Part shown: positions 1 through 12,847 of the stretch, piece by piece
How positions within the stretch are numbered: position 1 is the stretch's first letter
Layout of the letters: every line of letters begins with the position of its first letter
From: Vitrella brassicaformis CCMP3155
Lineage: Eukaryota > Protista > Chromerida
Direction of reading: 5' to 3'
Assembly: GCA_001179505.1 (NCBI GenBank)
Contig: CDMY01000602.1
Location: 1 to 44,727 of the forward strand
DNA length: 44,727 bases
The notes under the pieces: generated by a model
The model's input: only the letters and a program-made list of their open reading frames with translations
What the model was told of the DNA's origin: nothing
The model's database searches: none
Position numbers and translations under genes: made by a program

Positions 1-1470
1 AACACTCTTACTGGGACTTACCGCCCAGCAGATCCTCTATTCAGCTAACTACAGGAAAGGTCCTCACCGGCCTTTTTCGCACACTCTAATGCGTTTCGCG
101 CGGGTGAGGGGAGTCGCGGGTTCGAATCGCAGAGGGGACCTGTATTGAGCTCGCACAGGGCGACTCAGCAGCGCGGGTCAGCTCCCTAGTACAGCTTCCA
201 GACCGCCCGCGGACGCGCGGGCCATCGCTAGTCTGCTTGTTCTGTGCCACGATGCGTGTGACACGCAGGCGCGGCTGCTGCGCGGCACTGAGTATGTGTC
301 AATCAGATGAACGGCGCCGCGATGATGGTTGTCATCTCTCTGTGTGCTGTGCTGTGCTGCAGATGTCTGTCAGTGAGTTGACTGATGAGTGGCTGAGAGA
401 TTGCGGCTGTCGGCGCCCGCCGATTAGCATAGATCAGATGACTGTTTGTCTGTCTGTCTGTCTGCAGGCGTCACAGACTGTCTGACTGAGTGGCTGAGTG
501 GCTGGTTGATGGCTTCGACGCGCCGATGGTGACTATGCGGCCGTCGAGTGGCGCGATGGCCCTCTCCCTCACTGCTGCTCGTCTGTCCGTCTATGTGTGT
601 GTCGAGTCGACGGCCCTCTCTCTCTGTCGTGTGTCTGAGGGGACGGCTGGCGTTTCCTTTTGTGGGCATCTCCCACGCGACTCGGCGACGTCAGAGTATC
701 AGCACACGTCTGGTGCTGGTGCTTTGGGGTTGCTGTGTGGTGACAGAGATGCGCACTAAAGGGAGAAATGGACAGACAGACGCCAGTGTGATTGATGAGT
801 CCATGTCGACACCCACCCACACAAGACTGGATGGATGTATGTGTGTAGGCACTGTCTGCACTTACGGATTTCGTGCGCATCTCTCTCTGTTGGGTGTGGG
901 GTTGCCCGACACACACACGTGGGAAGAAACGGAGGGAGAGATGGGACGTGCGCAAGCGGGAGATGGTTTCCTTTTGATGTGCAGCGTGTGTTGGTGTGCT
1001 GACTGTCAGTTGCTTGTGTGTCACCCGACACATGGAGCTTTCATTCTTCCTCTCTGTGTGTGGTGGCCGTCGAGCGTCTGACAGACAGTCAGACAGAAAA
1101 CTGTGAACGAATGGACAGCACAGTGCGGCTCATTAGGGTGCAAGGGTGTGTGGGTGGGTGTGGTGGTGCGGGTACTATACGCAATCGGCCGTCGACTTGA
1201 TATGTATATGTGAACGATCGACTGACTGACTGACTCACCGCCTCTCTGTTGCCATTTGTATAACCTCCAGCGACACACAGCAGCTCAGCAATCTTGTCCA
1301 CTTGTCCGACTGAGCAGTGCACACACAGACGACGACGACACGAACGCCCAGACGGCCACGTCAACAGATTAAAGACAGCGGGTTCTTTTCATTCCCGAGT
1401 GACTTCCCTGACGGATACAGACTATCATCCAACAACGCTCATGCCATTTTGTGTCGTCTTTTGTGGACCA

Positions 1471-2661
1471 CTAGATGCCATTAAGGACAACATGCACCAT
1501 CCTTACTCCGCCATCCAGTGCATGTGTGTCAATCATGTAGTCGCTCGCCCAGAAGTCAGCCCGTCTACCTGCCCCTCGCTTGCCCTTCTCTTTGCATGTC
1601 TGCATGGCCTCTGGAGGCCAGAGAAGCACTGATGAGCCAGTACACTGACGTCTTTCCCCGTGTCCGTTCACCGCCCCACGGTCCACCAGCACCTTCATGG
1701 GAATGAGATAGAAATAGCGATCACCAGGCACCGAGACGGCCAGCAGATCAAAGTCTCCCTCATCATACAGCTGAGTGGCCTTCGTGCCGGCGCTCTTGTG
1801 CAGAACAACACAAGAAGAGCCGTTGTTGTTGCCGGTGTGAAGACGGGCCTGTTTGTGCTGAATGAGGAATCGCTTCCCATCCCACCACCAGACGGCATCG
1901 ACAGGCGTCATCTCGTAGATGAGCTCCTGCCGGACGGCCACACCAGCAGCAGACAGCAGAGGGGCCCACACCGCAATTGATGCCTCGCCCTTCTGATGCC
2001 TCTCCGACCGCTGCAGCATGATGTTCGCCAGCGAGTCCTTGGTGAATGAGAGGTTCTGATAGACCAACAGCAGCTTCTGCGACAGAGATGCCGGGCCCTC
2101 AAGTGCCGTTGAGCATCGGAAGCTCTCATGGTCCCACTTGCCATTCTCACGCAGAGTGAGTTTCCCAGATGGGATTCGCTGCAGGTCAGATCCGTCGTAG
2201 CACCAGATACGGAAGTCCAACAGAGCCACACAGACGACGGGAATCTCCGGATAATTGTTGGTGAAATTAAATCGCCAGGCGCCGTCCTGGTTCTTCTGCC
2301 TGCACGTCTTCACTTGGACCGGCAGCCACGCATCTTCACTCACACCAAAGGGCCGCACGGCGAGGTCAGCATGTGCCCCCTCTCAGGTCCTCTGCACAAC
2401 AAACCATCGCCTCAGCAGATCCATCACACACTGCACACCCGAGTTGCCGACGAGCCTCCACTCCATCTTCCGCCGGCACTCTGCAGCGGCGGCCTCGGCC
2501 ATTCCTTCATCCTCCCATCGCAGAAGGGCGTCAGCATCAGCAGGCCTTGAAGAAAGTCGTCGAGATGCCGTGGTCAAGGGAGAGAGGGACGCACTGACGG
2601 CGAACCGGCGACGAGAGGCGGAGATGATGATGCCCCTTTGCATTGATGAAGCCACCATCAT
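1471..2661 (-). pseudogene. Intronless PD-(D/E)XK nuclease-like gene (paralog of 33253-34536), interrupted by one in-frame TGA
   Basis: ORFs 2383..2991 and 1471..2358 are in the same frame. Read-through gives DLLRRWFVVQRT*EGAHADLAVRPFGVSEDAWLPVQVKT, colinear with the intact paralog (RTYEMAHADLAVRP). Likely start MMVASSMQRG at 2661 with an Arg/Ser-rich leader. Confidence 0.7.
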
Positions 2662-2788
2662 ACGCCGGCAGAGATGACAAGGCAAATGAAACGGCGAGAA
2701 GCTAGAAGGGACATGGGAAGCACCAGGAGATTTACATTCGAGGTCTGCGAGCTTAGGAGTCCCCCACAGATCTTCGTAATTGAGAGAA

Positions 2789-3456
2789 ATGGCGCTGACG
2801 ATACTGAAGGCGGTGAACCAGGGCTTCCAGGCTGGCGCGACGCTGCTTGACGCCCACATCGATGCCGAGTCGCTGCTGCACGCCCTGCACGCCTCGCCGG
2901 TGCCCTCTGACGCCGGCATGAAGGCCCTCAACCGACTGAGGGACATCGCGAGGGACAACCCTGACGCTGTGGCCATGCAGACCAACGCCATTCAACTGCT
3001 GTGCGGTCCGTGAGATGAGAGAGATGCATTCACTCACACGTCTGTTGCCGCTCATCGTGGTGTTGCTCATTCATTCAGGGGCACTGCTGACGCTGCAGGC
3101 GACCTCAGACCCAGGTGCACATGTGCGTGTGGGTGTCAAGCGAGAGCGATCTCTGTCAAAGTGTCTGTGTGTGTGTTGGCGTGCTGTAGATGCGGCAGCG
3201 GGCCTGCAGGATGTCTTGGAGACTCTGAACTTCATCGTCGGCAGCAAAGCCGAAGGAGAGAGGGCAGATCGTCAGCAGCAGGGTCATGACGAGGGTCAGC
3301 AGCAGCATGTGACCGCCGATCAGCGGCGGCATCTGTCGACCATTATGGACCAGACGCAGGACGGCAAGGTGCTATTCGGCCTGCTGCAGGCACAGAAAGA
3401 CGTACGTGTGCGGGCAAGAATGGTGGCTGGCGTGAGAGCGGCCGTGTGCACGTGTG

Positions 3457-3490
<34 letters not shown>

Positions 3491-5073
3491 CAGGTGTACG
3501 TGGCTTATGACACGATGGTGCTCTTGCAACACCTCTACCGCCATTTCAGCTCCAAAGTCGCCCAGGTGGCTATGCGTGGATGGACAAGCCCTGCACCCAC
3601 GGATGTGCTCGTGTGTGTGTGTGTGTGTGTGTGTGTGGGGTTGCAGACCATACTGAGCGACCCCATGGGTCTGTCGTCGCTGATGCAGATCCTCCAAGAC
3701 GCCAAGACTGACTTTGTTCGCAACGAGGCGCTCCAGCTGCTATACCTTCTCACGGGTACGCACACTCACAGCACGGCCTCTCTTTGTGTGTGTGTTGAAA
3801 TGTGCCGCATTTCTCTCTGTGCGTGTGTGCAGAGACCAATACGGAGATTCAGAAGATCGTCACTTTCCAGGTGCGCGCGATAAATGCGTGTGTGCGTGAG
3901 TGCCCGCCGACATGAGTCTGTGTGAGATACACACAGGGCTGCATCGAGTCACTGTTTGCTGTCATCTCCGAGGAGGACATCTCCAGGCACTTCACATCAG
4001 TCACCAGAACCGCACTCAGGTACACACACACACACCAAGCACCCAGTAACACACACACACAGGTACACACAATGGATTCATTCACACAAACTCACACACA
4101 ATCAGGTGTCTGCTCAACTTTCTGAGCAACCCCTACTGCGTCAAGTATGTCCGCGAGACGGGCGGCATCCGGGCTATGTGCGACCTCATGGCCAAGGCAC
4201 TCGAGCCAACCAAGACGGCAGAGGTACGTCTGTCCACACACACACACACATTTCACACACGGCGGATAGCATAGTTGTCTGTTTGCATCTGTGTATATGT
4301 CTGTGTGTGTCGCAGGACAGCAGCCCGACAGCGGCGAGCAGCCGATCAGTTGAGGGCGATGACCACAAGTGCGCCCAGGCGGTCGAGTACCTAATCAGAG
4401 GCACCATCCTACTGCTGCAAGTATCTTCTCATACACACACACACACGTCCATCCGCCCGTTAATCTGTCTGTGTGTATGTGTTTCTGTGCAGGGGGGAGG
4501 AGAGGCCCCAGAGGCCGGCAAGAGTGTGGAGCACAACCAGAACGCCTTCGTCAGCAGCGGCTTCCTGGACCTCGCATGCCGCCATGTCAACGACACAAGG
4601 CTCCCCCTCGACCTGCGGCATCAGGCACAAAAACAGACTCACACACACACACACACACACGTCTGTGTGTCTGGATGTGTGTGTGTGTGTGGATTAGGTG
4701 TGTGAGGCCATCCTGCGTGTGGCGTGCGGTAACGCGCAGGCGTCCAAAGCGCTGCAGTCGTTCACCAAATGCGACGACAGACACACAGGTACCCTTCCCC
4801 TCTCCCCTCACTCCACCTCAATCCCACCCCTCTCACGCCACACAGATCTCCTCTCTTTTGTTGATGTGGTGCAGAGTGGGCGAGCAGACACAGAGTGGGC
4901 CATAGCAGCGCCAACAGGGATGGTCAGACAGATGTGAGCGTGCCGCCGCCGCTCTTTTTCCTGGTTGACGAGCTGCTGGCCGACAGCACCGACCTCCCAA
5001 TGAGAGCGGCAATAGCCACCACAATACAACTGGTCAGCCACACACACACACACTCTCATGGTGTTCACAAGTT

Positions 5074-5104
<31 letters not shown>

Positions 5105-5245
5105 CAGCTGGTGGCTGGCGACACGAACCTGCAGTCGTTTCTGCTGTCGACTCTCGCACCCCAGCTGCAGCCCGACCCCTCATGCATCGCTTTCAACACA
5201 ATGCCACCGGTGAGTCGCTTTCAAAAGACAGACAAACACACACGA

Positions 5246-5281
<36 letters not shown>

Positions 5282-8200
5282 GGGCGCGCGATTGTGCAGT
5301 CCATCGACGACGTCATGAGGGCGCGCCAGCACGACGGCAAAACTGCCACCGACGAGGAGGAAGAAAAAAGAGAAAGTGAGCACACCAAAGACACTCACTC
5401 GTGCGCACAACACAAACATATTTCTGTGTGTCTGTCTGTCTGTCTGTCTGTCGGGGTGTGCAGGTGAGCTGGCTGAGGGCCTGATGGTGCAGAAGCTTTG
5501 GTACGGGCTAGAGGTGGTGCTGGCGATGCTCGGCACCAGCCAAGAGGTCCAATCGGTCGCCGTACAGGTACACCCACCCACCCACCCTCACAGACCGTCT
5601 CCCACACACCGACATCTGCGCGTGGACATGTGCAGATGCCCGTGGAGATCCCGAGTGACGCCGGCCCAGCGGAGACCCTCTCAGGCAAACTCCTGCGGCT
5701 CTTCGGACTCCTCGCCAAGGAGACTCTCGCCATTGGCAAGACCACTACCACCACCACCAGCAGCAGCACCACACAGCAGCTGGACGGACGCCTCACACGC
5801 CCACACAAAGAGGTACATGCACACCTGCATATACCCCGAAGTGGATGGATGGCTGTGTGTGTGTGTGTGTGTGTAGGGTTTGCGGCCTGAGTGGGTGGGC
5901 GTGAGTCTGTTGGGTCTGCTGAAGGTGTTCATCCAGTGGGTGGAGCACTGCGTCACCGCCATGGCACCGCTCATCGCCTCGCCAGTCTACATGCCCATGC
6001 TGCTCGGTGCCCACCTGCACCTCTCCCCACCGACCCAGGCACACACTGTGCACCAGTCCCTGTGTATGACTAAATGCAGATCTGGTGCAGTTCTCTGTCA
6101 GCAAGTCGGTCGCATCGCCGGGCAGCGTCATTGACGAGGCCGCCACACACCTGCAGGTGTGCTGCACACAGACAGCCACACACGTGTGTGTGTGTACGCA
6201 TCTGTCTGTCTGTCTGTCTGTGTCGGTGGTGTGTGGTTCAGGGCCTGGCTGCACTGCTTTTAGGCATGTGTGTGGAGAACCTTGATGCCCAGAAGGCATC
6301 ATCGTCACCGCCGTCACCTGGAGGAGCAGCATCCAGCAGCGGTGGTGGTGGCCAAGGTGAGCACAACCACCACTACCACTGACATCCATCCATCCATCCA
6401 TCCGTCGATCCATCCATGTGTGTGTGTGTGTGTGTGTAGATGAGGCCATCAGCAGCGGGACAGCCATGAACGCGGCGGCGTTGCTGTCGGTGCTGGCGAC
6501 TCGTGTGGGGCTCGACGAGTTCAACCAGAAGATCGAGCGGCTGCAGCGCACCGAGGTGGGGCGGGTTGGGTATTTCACATCCACTTGAATGCACGTGTGT
6601 GTGTGTGTGTGTGAAGGCGTTTGCCCGTTGCTCCAAGCTGCTGTTTCCCCCTCACGCAAAGGGCAAAGTGCCCAACACCTTCATCGTCTACTCGCCAGGT
6701 ACACATAAATGTGTGTATGTGATGGCCATTCCCAGCATGTGTGTGTGTGTGTGTACGTGTGCGTCGTTTCCTGTGTCGTCTTGTGCTGTGTGGTGTGTGG
6801 ATGGATGTCCGTAGGGTTTGCCCGTCTGGTCAAGGCGCACTACGAGACGCTGCAGCGCAAGATGGTGCAGCTGTACCTCTCCAGCCAGGCCAATCAGGTC
6901 GGCCCATCATTCGTGTGGATTAGTGGCACTTCTCTCTCTCTCTCTCTCCGGTAGATTACGTCTGCAGCAGTGGGTGGCGGCGGCAGCATTGTGTCCACAG
7001 ACGTTGCCGAGCACTACAAGGACCTCATCAAAATGCAGGTTCGTGCCCCATACAGACACACACACACACACACACATCCATCCATCCATCAATCCATCTG
7101 TGTGTGTGTGTCAGGACAATGAGTTGCGTGCGCTCAAGGCCGACAACGAGAAGCTGCGCCAGGAGGTGGCCGAGTACGCCAAGCGGAGCATCGCTGCCGA
7201 CAGCGCACTGCTCGTCGTCAAGCTCGACGCACTCACTGAAGAGTGCAAGCGGCTCAGACAAGAGGTAAGGCCCGTCAACCACACGCCAGACAGACATGTT
7301 GTGTGAGTGTGCCGACAGGTGGACACATTGACAGTCGAGAGCAGCCGCAAGGAGGCAGCCTTGTCGACGGAGCGGCAGAGCAACCGTGTCAAGATCACCG
7401 AGATGGAGAAGCAGCTGGAGGCGCTCGTCGTGGCCTATGATGCTCTCGAGGCCTCCATCGCCGTAAGCACACACACACAGTGACTGCACACACACACCTG
7501 ACCACCACATCTGTGTGTGTGCGTGTGCGTGTGTGTCAGACCAAAGATGATGAGCTGACTAACCTGCGGGCAACGGTGGAGGCTCGGCAAGACGCCACAC
7601 AGGTGGCACAGAGCGAGGCCTACGCCAAGGCCCTCAAGGACCTCATGCACACGAAGCGGCAGCTGGAAGATCTCCGCAGAGACCACGACGTGAGCCAACT
7701 GCCTGCACCAGAATGCCATGACATCAACCGACGTGACGTCTGGTGTGATGGATGCATGTGTGTGTCAGGTGTTGCTGGAGGTGCTGGTTCTGATTGCGGA
7801 GGAGCAGCCGTCCACCCAGCAGTTTCTCTGCCCCCTGACCCAGACACCATCTCAACAAACATTGGAGCAGCAGCAGGAGCCCCCCCTCTCGCCGCTGCCG
7901 TCGTCTCCCTCTCTGACCACCGCCATAAAGGCCAGCCACGTCGTCCCCGAGAAGCCTCACACACAGAGGGAGTCTCCGCCCAACGTCAGGAAGACCCTCC
8001 TGCACGACCGACGAGCCGACCAAGACACAATGACCTCGCCCACACACAGAGCACGGTATGCACAAACATGGGTCAATGGCTGTCTCTGTAAGGCTGTCTG
8101 TGATGCGTGCAGGCTGCCATCGTACCCCGAGACGCCATACCCCTCGCCAATGGCGCCTTACGAGCGGCCGTCGCCCGTCAGCGATGAGGCCATGTCGCCG

Positions 8201-9375
8201 ATGCCCGTCCTGTCATCGCCTGCAATGGCCGCAGAGCGACGCACAGACGCCAATGAAGTCACACCCAAAAAACGTATGTGTCGGCGGGACACAGACATTC
8301 GTGTGTGTTCGCCCATTCGTCTGTGTGTATGTGTGTCTGGCAGAGCCGGCACGTATTCCGTCAGAATCGCCGCTGGGCAAGAGAGTGCCATTCCCAGTGC
8401 ATCCGCCGCTTACTGCTGTTCCGGTGCCCACACAACCACCGCCAGACAGCTTGGTGGCACCGACTCTGTCAGCATCGTTACAGCGGCCAAGCCAAGAACC
8501 GGCCAAATACGTACGTGTGACAGCTCCCTTACCACTGCAAATGTGTCTGTGTGTTGTGTGTTTGTGTGTTTGTATGTGCTCAGAGTCCGACTTTCGGCCA
8601 GGCCAGCAATTCGCCTGAGGGTCGAGTGGCTGCCCGCGTCTCGAATGAAGACGAGGTGCTGCTCTTCTCGGCCTCGCAAGACCGCACCCCACCCAAGACA
8701 CCCCCAACAAACGAGAGCAACAACGTGCCGAGCACCATCGTCAGACATCCTTTTACACAGCAGCAGCAGCAGCAGCAGCGTTGTGTGCCGACCACTTCGA
8801 CCGATGCAGGCAACGTTGGCGTGGCGGGTTCGTTGAGATCTGCTGGGAGTGCGAGTGCGCGTACAGCTAATGTCCATCTGGGAGCCCCCGCCGCCAGCGG
8901 TGGTGTCCCTTCATCGGCATACGAGCGGTCGACAACAAGTGGACCTCAGCCAGCTTATCGGCCGTACCCATACGCTGCTCAATCGCCGCCGTCACAACCA
9001 CCCGTGCAACAACAGCAGCACCAGCAGCACCAGCACCAGCAGCCCGCCCCATGGTTTGGTGCTGCAATCTCGTCCAACCCACAACAGAGCTCCTCAGCCT
9101 CTCCACCACCGCCTTCATCTTTTTGGTCCTACGGCACCGCTCAGCAGCAGACCACCCATCCCACCCCCTCAGGGCTGCCTTCGTTTTTCGGCTCGTCAAC
9201 AAGCCAGCAGACAGCCGCAAGCGGCAGCAGCTCATCGTTTGTTCCATCATTCTTCAGTCAGCCTGCGGGTGCTGGTGGGGGGCAGGGGGGTGGGGGTGCG
9301 AGCGAGGGCGAGCTGCCTTTGCCGGGAAACCAAGCGCAAGCAGCCTCTGCATGGGCGGGGGCGTGGAAAAGATGA
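2789..9375 (+). CDS. USO1: Uso1/p115-like vesicle tethering protein, about 25 exons: armadillo head, coiled coil, long low-complexity tail
   Basis: Spliced peptides ILSDPMGLSSLMQILQDAKTDFVRNEALQLLYLLT / TNTEIQKIVTFQGCIESLFAVISEE and GLAALLLGMC match p115 head motifs. Coiled-coil exons DNELRALKADNEKLRQEV. Last exon ends AWKR* at 9375. Confidence 0.85.
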
Positions 9376-9589
9376 TGTGGGTGCTTCTTTGCTGATGTGA
9401 ACAGCTGATGTGAGAGTGTCAGCCATCACCTTTTACCCGTACTGAGTGTGTGGTCAGAATATGTTGGTTATACGAGAATGGCTAGGTCCGTAGCATTGTG
9501 CTTTGTGGTGATGAATTCATGATAAATGGACATATACATATATAGTTAATTGGTCAATCCGTCAACATCAATACGCTCACGACGAAATG

Positions 9590-10225
9590 TTATCGGTCAG
9601 ACGCACACGTATTCATGACGAATGACTGGAGGGGAAGAGAGAGAGACATGGGGAATGAGTTGTGAAGAGAGAGAGTTGTATGTGCCAATCGACGAACAAA
9701 TCTACGATGGATGTCTGTTTGTAAAGCCATTCTCATTTCGAGCAGAGAAGCGCTGTCTCGGCCGGCCATGGCATCCAGCAGCTCCCACATCCACTTGTTC
9801 AGTGTGTCAGGAGGAATCTCGTCCTCTTCTTTGTGTCGCTTTTTACAGGCCGTGTATCAGGTGCTCCACGACATACACCCACCCACCTCCCTCCACAAAC
9901 GAAAAACCGTTACATACTCTTCTTCCAGTCGGCGTGCTCGGCGCGGTGGTGCGTCATGAATCGATCGAGCGCCTCTGCTGAGTGGCCGGCGATGTCGATG
10001 CCCGCCTCGCGCATCACCTGCTCAAACTCCTTCAGCACCAGACCCAGCATCTGGTTTGAGCTTGGTTCTTTTGATGATGTACAGGACCTCCTCGTAGATG
10101 AGCTCGATGATGCTGATCTGGCTCGAGCGCGCCCTCTTTTCAGTGGCCTTCAATCTCTCACGGATCTCGCAGAGCCTTTTGTACTTCGCTGTCGTGGTGC
10201 ACGGACGCTGCACGACATGCATCAA
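9590..10225 (-). pseudogene. Degenerate helical coding remnant, unknown family
   Basis: Protein-like segments ELIYEEVLYII, MLGLVLKEFEQVMREAGIDIAG and MWELLDAMAG lie in different frames, implying frameshifts. Confidence 0.3.
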
Positions 10226-10261
10226 TGGATATGAATATCAGTGGTCTGCCTTGTACTGTCC

Positions 10262-10411
10262 TCACGGTAAATACAGCTGCAACTTTGCATCCTCTCGAAC
10301 ATTGTAGTCAGTCAGTGTGCGCTTGTTGTCCATGGTGGTCGACTGGTGGATGAGAGTCTGCTTTTTGGCGGGGATGCCCTTATTGTACTGCAGCTTCGCT
10401 TTGACATGTCG
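10262..10411 (-). pseudogene. Ubiquitin-like domain remnant
   Basis: Reads HVKAKLQYNKGIPAKKQTLIHQSTTMDNKRTLTDYNVREDAKLQLYLP*, aligning to ubiquitin [21 protein letters not shown]...RTLSDYNI. The upstream frame is broken by TGA at 10445-10447. No C-terminal GG. Confidence 0.6.
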
Positions 10412-12847
10412 TGGTGCACCTCTTGTCGTACTTGTCCCGGGGGGTCAGGCAGCACTTGTGGAATGTGGAAAGGCACAGAGCACCTTTTACTTTTTCCTCG
10501 AGTCTCGCCACCTTTCTTTTGACGTCATCCTTCCGCAATCGATTTCTTTCAGGCAGAGAGAAAAAGAGTCAGTCATTGACAGCACCGGGACGATGAAAGT
10601 CTGACTCTGGCGATAGGTTTTCAATGGAGACACAACTTTGCGTACCATGGCTCGTTGACAGCAGCAACAGTGTTGCGACGAAAATCAGGCACGACATTTA
10701 TATTGACGACCTCCTTGCGAGAGACCAGATTCAGCGCCTACCGTTAGCCGCACCAAGAAGACAATCGCAAGAAGATGCGCTGTTCAGGGGGCGATTGATG
10801 TGCAACTGCCGCTCGGTACTTGACATGTCGACGGGGATCAATGGGTAGGTGGTTGTCACCACTGGCATTCTACACACCAATACATCAATACACACACACT
10901 CAATTGCCCTGTGGCATTCGGGCGCCGACTCGATAGAGCCGGAATGTGTAACTTGGAAGGTATTAACCAACACGCCCTTACCCTCTGCCACATCAATATC
11001 GCTCGTCAGCCGCATGTCAGACTCGTCGTCAGGCGCCGAGCAAAAGTGAAGAACTGCAAAAAACATTTCTGAGCCATACTGAGGTGTTCATACTAACTTT
11101 CAAGTCTCCTCTTCACCTTTTAAGAGTCCAGCATACTGTCCGGACCCTCATCGGTCGTCACACTTTTGAGTGTCCGATCCGACCGCAGCATAACGAACAA
11201 ATGGACCTCACCGGCGTCGTTACAATCGCAGGGTCCGCTGCTCTTATTGCCTTCCCAGAAACCGCGCCAACTGGACAAAACAGACATTCATACATTATGG
11301 TTGCCACTCTTGTGCGCACATGCAATACCTGCATGAAGGATGTCGTGTCCAGGGTCAACAATCGAGCATTTGACTGCGACGCCTCCTAATCGAGTAAAGC
11401 TAATGTAGCGAAAGGACCATTGCCAGACACCTGCATGACACGGCCACAAGTCAGCAAGGTTTTTCGTCTCTCGGAATGCACTTGCCTGTGTGATTGGACA
11501 GTATGACAGCCCTTGAAGTGTCATGGCATGCCTTGTGGCATGCTCGACGACGCTCTGATGGTAGTTCCCATTGATGTCTCCATGCACAGGATCGCAAGTG
11601 AAGAACCACTCCTTCTCTCCCATTCCATGGTCGAAACAAAATTACACAAAACACCAAATGGCGATGTCCTGCATGTCTTCCAGGGAGAGCTTATCTTCGC
11701 CGCACATGTTGTTGTTGATAGCATGCTATCCACAATAGGTGGCTATCTGTGTTTGATGGTGAGTTGAACAACAGAACACCGAGCAAGGCACCTTATCAAG
11801 TGTGTTGCCGTATACAGATTTTGTACACTCAAAGGAGCAATTCTATCTATTCGACTCACCTGCTGCGCGTAAATTTCACGGATGTTACCGTGTATCGCAT
11901 GCATCTGACGATTGTGGCGTCGGCGGTGACGTCGGTTGTGGCGTTTCAGCGCTCGCAGCGCTCTTTCAATTCTCTCCAACTCTACATACACAACGACACA
12001 TCACTTTGTCTCTCTCTCTCTCTCTGTGTCCCACCTCGCATCTTGAGCGTGGCCTCATATCTCACTAAACAATCCACTCTGCCCACCACATTCAGAAGGA
12101 AAGACACCTGAAATTCACATACATACACACGCACGTGCGGACAGTATAGCCATGCATACAAATGTTACGCCGAGTGTTTATCGTGAATAGTTGAAAGACA
12201 GACCTGACAGAAAGATGACCAAAACGTGTGGCCACACCCGGCGACCACCACCAGCTCAGCAGCTACTACACCGACATATGGGATTGCTCTCATGGATGTA
12301 CATCGCCTTGCAGGTCTCCAACGCTTGTAGAGTCGTAGCGGCTGTTATCTTGGTTGCATCTGTATTCGTGAGGAGGACCTGGTCTCCCTGCGTGCCCGAT
12401 GTTGTGTCCTTCTGTGTTGGTGTTCTGCCATGAGATGTGTAAAAGTTTTTGTCTCTACACACTCACCATCAAAGCATCAAACAGTTTGTTCTCCTAAAAG
12501 TCCTCCACATCCACCTGACACCGTCAGAGAAAGGTGGGATAAAGTGGCTTCGGTATGTATATGAATGAATGTATGGGCACTTACATTTGTGATTGTGATG
12601 AGGGTCATGCTGTCACATAGCAGCTTGGTTAGCTCGGCATGCGCTGGGCGACAGGTGTTGCACGATTTCTCGTTGCTTGCAGAGCTTCTGGTACATCCAC
12701 ATAGCCACCGTCCCCACGTGTGTCGTCCGCTTGTAGGTCTCCTCTGTGTTGGGACCTTTCATGGTTCTGCCACAAAACGAAGACAGAAACCAGCGAAGAA
12801 AAGCGCGAAAAAAAAGGGGGGGGGGGGTTAATAATAAGTAATGCCCC

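Noticed and set aside
95-140. tRNA-like B-box GTCGCGGGTTCGAATC
   Set aside because: The 3' T-stem does not pair (CGCAG), and no A-box, D-arm or acceptor stem was found. At most a degenerate tRNA/SINE trace.
237-1400. Several 80-177 aa ORFs
   Set aside because: Low-complexity, microsatellite-derived translations with no recognisable motif or coherent exon chain.
12804-12830. A-run directly followed by a long G-run
   Set aside because: Isolated homopolymers with unreliable length and no TSD or retro-element context.
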